Position numbers and translations under genes: made by a program
NCBI GenBank assembly: GCA_026014495.1
Contig: JAOZIF010000020.1
Location: 1-10,299 of the forward strand
Source: Candidatus Bathyarchaeum sp.
GTDB lineage: Archaea; Thermoproteota; Bathyarchaeia; Bathyarchaeales; Bathyarchaeaceae
DNA: 10,299 bases
Reading direction: 5' to 3'
Shown: positions 6,103 to 10,299 of the stretch, piece after piece
Position numbering within the stretch: position 1 is the first letter of the stretch
Layout: each line of letters begins with the position of its first letter
The notes under the pieces: model-generated
Told to the model about the DNA's origin: nothing
What the model saw: the letters and a program-made list of their open reading frames with translations, nothing else
Databases searched by the model: none

Positions 6103-7251
6103 ATGAGATTAGGTGCTAGACGAGCCATTTTTGTCAGTTGCCTACTTTTTGTTCTATTCTCAAGTATTCCACAAACTGTTATTGCTGTGACTGAATTTGA
6201 GGTTGAATCAACAGATATTCAAATATACAGGGATGGCTTGGTTCGTGTCACCCAAACATTGATTGTTAATGAAACGCTTCCTGTGGTCACTCTTTCACTT
6301 TTAGATTCTTTGGTTGACAATTTTATTGTGCTTGATGAGAACCAGACTGTTCTGGATTACGAAATCGCTGCACAAGATGATTTGTCGATTTTCACTTTGG
6401 GAACAAAGAGTGTTTCAATCCAGTATGATACTTCCTCTTTGACAAAAAAAGACTTTGAAGTATGGACTTTCCTTGTTGACTCCCCCTATAATCTAACTGT
6501 TCTTTTGCCTGCACAATCAACAATCGTTTACTTGAATCAAATGCCCACCTCAATAGACACAGAAGGCAACCAGATAACACTCTCGTTGTTTTCGAGCCAA
6601 TGGGAAATAAGTTACGTATTTCCATTAACTCCACCTGCAGACTTTCAAATCAGCAACCTAGAAATCACGCCAAACGAAGCAAAGCCGGGAGAAGAGGTCA
6701 CTGTCTCAGTTAAACTCACTAATGTAGGCGGAGAAACTGGTTCATACACAATTCCTTTTAGTATTAATCAAATAGAAGAAGAGACAAAAACAGTGACGCT
6801 TGAACCCGACCAGTCAACTACAGTAGTCTTCAAAGTCACCAAGCAAACACTGGGAACATACAATATTGACGTAGATGGTTTAGTGAGCAAGTTCACTATT
6901 AGCGAGACTCCTTCAAACGGGAATCAATCAGACTCGGGTTCTGTTGACTATCTGGTTTTTGTCTTAATTGGTGTGGCTGTAGTTGTTGTCGTGTTCCTGT
7001 TTCTTCTTAGACGAAGACGTCCAAATCCCGAAAAAATCTTCAAGACAAATCCTAGGTTGAATCAGGAAGAAAAAGATGTTATCCAGTTCTTAGTTGAAAA
7101 TGAAGGAAAGGCTTTCGAGGCTGAAATACGAGAAAAATTTCCTGACATACCGCGAACCAGCCTTTGGAGGTTGGTTAAACGGTTAGAAAAATTGGATATT
7201 GTGGAAATAAAAAAGATTGGTCTTGAAAACCAAGTGGAACTTAAAAAATAA
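6103..7251 (+). CDS. Membrane-anchored predicted transcriptional regulator (COG2512-like): signal peptide, extracellular beta domain, CARDB/Ig-like domain, TM helix, cytoplasmic wHTH
   Basis: ORF track start is GTG 6091, but ATG 6103 follows an AGGGTGA SD. N-terminal hydrophobic signal (AIFVSCLLFVLFSSIPQTVIA). Four N-X-S/T sequons (NET, NQT, NLT, NQS) in the outer part. Ig-like segment FQISNLEITP...VTVSVKLTNVGGETG (6634-6903). TM YLVFVLIGVAVVVVVFLFLL (6949-7008) followed by RRRR. C-terminal wHTH LNQEEKDVIQFL...IPRTSLWRLVKRLEKLDIVEIKKIG. Confidence 0.85.
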   Translation: MRLGARRAIFVSCLLFVLFSSIPQTVIAVTEFEVESTDIQIYRDGLVRVTQTLIVNETLPVVTLSLLDSLVDNFIVLDENQTVLDYEIAAQDDLSIFTLGTKSVSIQYDTSSLTKKDFEVWTFLVDSPYNLTVLLPAQSTIVYLNQMPTSIDTEGNQITLSLFSSQWEISYVFPLTPPADFQISNLEITPNEAKPGEEVTVSVKLTNVGGETGSYTIPFSINQIEEETKTVTLEPDQSTTVVFKVTKQTLGTYNIDVDGLVSKFTISETPSNGNQSDSGSVDYLVFVLIGVAVVVVVFLFLLRRRRPNPEKIFKTNPRLNQEEKDVIQFLVENEGKAFEAEIREKFPDIPRTSLWRLVKRLEKLDIVEIKKIGLENQVELKK

Positions 7252-7275
7252 TAGAAAAAGGGGAAGTGTTTTTTT
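7243..7275. terminator. Bidirectional archaeal oligo-T terminator region between convergent genes
   Basis: T7 run on the plus strand (7269-7275) after stop 7251. A5 (7255-7259) and A6 (7243-7248) runs read as T tracts on the minus strand after stop 7274. Confidence 0.55.
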
Positions 7276-8419
7276 AGTTGTTGCTTCCACTGCCCATGTT
7301 GCCTGAACCGCTGCCACTGCTTCCGTATTGACTTCCACTATTACCGCTGCCTTCCTGTCCGTAGCCGCTGCCGCTTTCTTGTCCATATCCGCTGCCACTT
7401 GTTGTTTCTTCTTGTCCGCCGTGGTGTGCTCGGTGATTGTTAACTTCTTGGGTCAAAGATTCGTCCATTCCTCGGATCATGTTTCCAATTTCGTTTAAGC
7501 ATTGGATCGTATCTTCGATATCTTCTGCGTCTTGAGCGTTTTCGAGCATCTCTTGGAATCGGTTCATGAAATCTTCCTCATTCTCGTAGCCATATCTTTG
7601 AAGGAATGTGTCAACATCAATTTCTTCATCCCATGCATGTCCAAATCTTTCCTTGAATCGTTCTTGATACTGGCAAGCATCGTTGAGGTAGTTTTGTACA
7701 CGTGAGGGGTTTAGCTCTTGGGCTATTTCCTTTAGGTCTTGGCAAACTTCGCTGATTAGTGCGTTTGCATCTCGTAGGTTGTCCTGAGCTTCTTGGGTTT
7801 CACCTGCGTCAAGTGCTTCTTGTGCTGCGGTTAACAGGTCTGATGCGTCAGAGAGTTTTTCAAGCATTTCTTCGTCTTTTATTAAGGCTTCAAGTTCTAG
7901 TATTCTTGCAGTTGAACGGTCTATTGCTTCTTGGATTACTTCAGTGTCGAGTGTTTGTTCTGTTTCAACGCCTGCATCAACTAGAATCACGTTGATTGAC
8001 GTTAAGACATCACGGAATATTGTCAAGGCTTCTGTGGCGTTATCTATTGCGTATTCATATTCTTCAGCAAGCAGTGATGCATTAGCTGTTTGTAAGTATG
8101 TCCAGCCTTCGCCGTCATCGGTTGCTGTGTCATCTCCAAGTTCTGTTCCAGCTTCTACACAAAGAGACACGTTACCGTAGAAGTCTGCTTCTAAGTCAGC
8201 GTCTGCAATTGCTTGCATTGCATCGTTGTCAGCTTCAATTGTAGCCACTAAATCCATTACTGTTTCTAGGGCTTGGTCAGCAATGTCGACCATTCTTTCT
8301 GCTTTTCTATCTATGTTTTGAGTTGAAACATATGCTGATACTGGGGCTGCAAGTGCGATGATTGTTACTAATATCATCAAAATTGCTGTTTTGCTTTTTT
8401 TCATCATTTTCCTCGCCAT
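7274..8419 (-). CDS. Secreted, highly acidic alpha-helical protein with Gly/Ser-rich C-terminal tail
   Basis: Sec-type signal peptide (MMKKSKTAILMILVTIIALAAPVSA|Y), sequons NVS, NAS and NAT, helical D/E/A-rich body, no C-terminal TM anchor, low-complexity G/S tail. Alternative ATGs at 8407 and 8404 follow a GAGG SD-like motif. Confidence 0.85.
   Translation of the reverse strand: MARKMMKKSKTAILMILVTIIALAAPVSAYVSTQNIDRKAERMVDIADQALETVMDLVATIEADNDAMQAIADADLEADFYGNVSLCVEAGTELGDDTATDDGEGWTYLQTANASLLAEEYEYAIDNATEALTIFRDVLTSINVILVDAGVETEQTLDTEVIQEAIDRSTARILELEALIKDEEMLEKLSDASDLLTAAQEALDAGETQEAQDNLRDANALISEVCQDLKEIAQELNPSRVQNYLNDACQYQERFKERFGHAWDEEIDVDTFLQRYGYENEEDFMNRFQEMLENAQDAEDIEDTIQCLNEIGNMIRGMDESLTQEVNNHRAHHGGQEETTSGSGYGQESGSGYGQEGSGNSGSQYGSSGSGSGNMGSGSNN
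7352..7399 (-). repeat. Two tandem SGSGYGQE repeats (24 nt)
   Basis: AGT GGC AGC GGA TAT GGA CAA GAA / AGC GGC AGC GGC TAC GGA CAG GAA. The peptide is identical and the DNA differs only at synonymous positions. Confidence 0.9.
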
Positions 8420-8475
8420 ATTGCTAGTTGTTAAACTTTAAGTTAAGGGACACTGCGGTATAGGCATTTCAATTA

Positions 8476-8493
8476 TTGGAACGCTTGTTCCAA
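8476..8493. promoter_or_regulatory. Candidate transcription-factor operator TTGGAAC-GCTT-GTTCCAA
   Basis: Perfect 7-bp inverted repeat with a 4-nt spacer in the divergent intergenic region, 57-74 bp upstream of the secreted-protein gene. Confidence 0.6.
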
Positions 8494-8573
8494 CAAAAAT
8501 GTTGTGTTAATCGCTTTATGTTTTTATTCAACCATATTGCTACTGTTAGATGATTAGCGAGGAAACCTGAGCA

Positions 8574-10169
8574 ATGCCTGAAAAGATTATTGGACATGGA
8601 ACATGGTACGACAAAACAGCATCTAAAATTGTTGAGCGCGAACAAAAGCTAGGTCGAAGCCTAGATTTGATTAGAACTGAGAGTGGTCTTGGAGCTTCTG
8701 GTTTTCCTCACATCGGCAGCTTTGCTGATTGTGCACGCTCATATGCTGTTGCTTTAGCTCTTAGGGAACAGGGCTTTAATTCAGAGTATATTGCTTTTGC
8801 TGATGACTTGGATGGTTTAAGAAAGGTTCCTGCTGGGCTTCCAGACTCGCTGAGCAAGTATTTGGGTTATCCTGTAACTTCGATTCCTGACCTTTATGGT
8901 TGCCATGACAGTTTTGGGGAGCACATGACTAGCCTGCTTTTGGAGTCTTTGGATCAGAGCGGAATAAAATACACTTTCATGTCCGCGAAAAAGGCTTACA
9001 GCCAGGGGCTTTTCACTGAGCAAATCCGGATTATTCTTTCTAATGCCCAGAAAGTAGGAGAAATTGTGAAGGATGAGGTTGGGCAAGAAAAGTTTGTTGA
9101 TGTTCTTCCATATTTTCCGATTTGTGCTAACTGTGGCAGGATTTACACTACTAAGGCTCACACGTTTGTTTCTGAAGAAAACAAGGTTCTGTACACCTGT
9201 AAAGGGCTAGAGGTGCGGGGCAAGTGGCTGGACGGTTGTGGTCACAAGGGCGAGGCAGATATTAGCAAAGCTGAGGGTAAGCTTGGATGGAAGGTTGAGT
9301 TTGCTGCTAGATGGAATGCCCTTGATGTTCGCTTTGAGCCTTTTGGCAAGGATATTTCAGATTCTGTGCGCGTAAACGCTAGAATCTGCCGAGAAGTGTT
9401 TGATTGGGCTCCTCCATTTCATGCTAAATATGAGATGTATCTGGACAAGAGCGGAAAGAAAATCAGCAAGTCTGCTGGAAACGTTTTCACTCCTCAAGTC
9501 TGGTTCAGGTATGGTTCGCCACAGTCTTTGTTGTTGCTTACTTTGAAGCGGTTTGTTGGAACAAGAAGCCTATCTGTTACTGACATTCCGCAATACATGA
9601 ATGAGCTTGATGAGCTAGAAGACATCTACTTTGGAAAGAAGATGCTTTCAGACAAAAAAGAGAAAGCAAAGCTAGTTGGGCTCTACACGTATTGTATGCT
9701 TTTTGATTTGCCTTCTAAAATGGGTGACCATGTGCCCTATAATCTGCTTACGTTCTTGGCTAAGATGGCTCCCAAAGGCTCTGAAGCCGAATTTATTCTA
9801 GAAAAACTTCAAGGTTACAGATATGGAAAAGAAGGATTAACAGACGACCTCAAACGCCGAATCAACTATGCCCTTAATTGGTCAGAAGACTTTACCGAAA
9901 TCACTCAACAAACCGTGGAACTGGCTGAGCAGGAAAAATCTGCCCTTGAATTACTCATCCAAGCCTTAAGTGTTGACGCAACTGAGGACGAGATTCAAAG
10001 CGCAGTGTTCAATATTGCCCGAAACAATAATGTTAAGCCTGGACGTTTCTTCAAGCTTCTTTACAAGATTCTTTTAGGTGCACCTCAGGGACCACGTTTA
10101 GGTCCATACGTGTTGGCTATGGGAAAAGAAAACGTGATTAATGCCTTGAAGAGAGCCACCGAAGGCTAA
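8574..10169 (+). CDS. lysS: Lysine--tRNA ligase, class I (archaeal type)
   Basis: HIGH motif (SGFPHIGS), KMSKS motif (GKKISKSAGN), Zn-knuckle CANCG...C...GCGH, GKLGWKVEFAARW, FEPFGKD and C-terminal GPRLG. Confidence 0.97.
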   Translation: MPEKIIGHGTWYDKTASKIVEREQKLGRSLDLIRTESGLGASGFPHIGSFADCARSYAVALALREQGFNSEYIAFADDLDGLRKVPAGLPDSLSKYLGYPVTSIPDLYGCHDSFGEHMTSLLLESLDQSGIKYTFMSAKKAYSQGLFTEQIRIILSNAQKVGEIVKDEVGQEKFVDVLPYFPICANCGRIYTTKAHTFVSEENKVLYTCKGLEVRGKWLDGCGHKGEADISKAEGKLGWKVEFAARWNALDVRFEPFGKDISDSVRVNARICREVFDWAPPFHAKYEMYLDKSGKKISKSAGNVFTPQVWFRYGSPQSLLLLTLKRFVGTRSLSVTDIPQYMNELDELEDIYFGKKMLSDKKEKAKLVGLYTYCMLFDLPSKMGDHVPYNLLTFLAKMAPKGSEAEFILEKLQGYRYGKEGLTDDLKRRINYALNWSEDFTEITQQTVELAEQEKSALELLIQALSVDATEDEIQSAVFNIARNNNVKPGRFFKLLYKILLGAPQGPRLGPYVLAMGKENVINALKRATEG

Positions 10170-10211
10170 TGCTAAAATTGTTGAAGTTGCAGTATTGTTA
10201 AGGCGATTTAG

Positions 10212-10288
10212 GCGGTCGTAGTCTAGCCTGGTTAGGACCCCGGCTTCCCAAGCCGGGTACTCGGGTTCGAATCCCGGCGACCGCACCA
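10212..10288 (+). tRNA. tRNA-Gly (anticodon CCC), intronless, CCA encoded
   Basis: Acceptor stem GCGGTCG/CGACCGC, D-arm GTCT/GGAC, anticodon stem CCGGC/GCCGG with loop TTCCCAA (CCC at 10247-10249), T-loop TTCGAAT, discriminator A followed by CCA and a T-rich tract. Confidence 0.97.
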
Positions 10289-10299
10289 ATTTCTGTTTT

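Noticed and set aside
8479-8490. GAAC-N4-GTTC core matches the Gram-positive LexA (Cheo) box
   Set aside because: The context is archaeal, with no lexA or DNA-repair gene nearby, and the flanks (TTG/CAA) differ from the CGAAC...GTTCG consensus. Kept only as a generic operator.
5628-10289. Alternative ORFs at 5628, 6392, 7183, 7502, 7759, 7944, 8817 and 10098
   Set aside because: Shadows of well-supported CDSs. 7183..7398 is the antisense of the Gly/Ser tail, and 10098..10289 is the antisense of the tRNA and the end of lysS.
1-10299. Prophage, IS element or defence island
   Set aside because: No integrase, transposase, terminal repeats, nuclease or viral hallmark genes. The content looks like resident chromosomal genes.

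Overview
Archaeal chromosomal window with no mobile element or CRISPR array. Class I LysRS, an archaeal-type tRNA, BRE/TATA-like promoters and the protein families suggest TACK, probably Bathyarchaeia (inference). Left to right: a stomatin-like SPFH gene (minus strand, runs off the left edge, missing from the ORF track); a radical SAM/SPASM enzyme resembling the AF0577 family; a divergent pair encoding a small helical protein and a YdjI-like SPFH protein with three zinc ribbons; an acidic coiled-coil protein with internal repeats; a winged-HTH regulator; a membrane-anchored sensor/wHTH protein (COG2512-like); a convergent secreted acidic helical protein with a Gly/Ser tail; lysS; and tRNA-Gly(CCC). 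Best leads: (i) a possible transmembrane one-component signalling module (COG2512-like regulator, secreted protein, perfect TTGGAAC-N4-GTTCCAA palindrome) beside two SPFH genes, possibly an archaeal envelope-stress locus; (ii) a 64-nt hairpin filling most of the 3759-3842 intergenic gap; (iii) an orphan SPASM enzyme with no convincing substrate gene. Family names come from motif recognition only; no database search was run.
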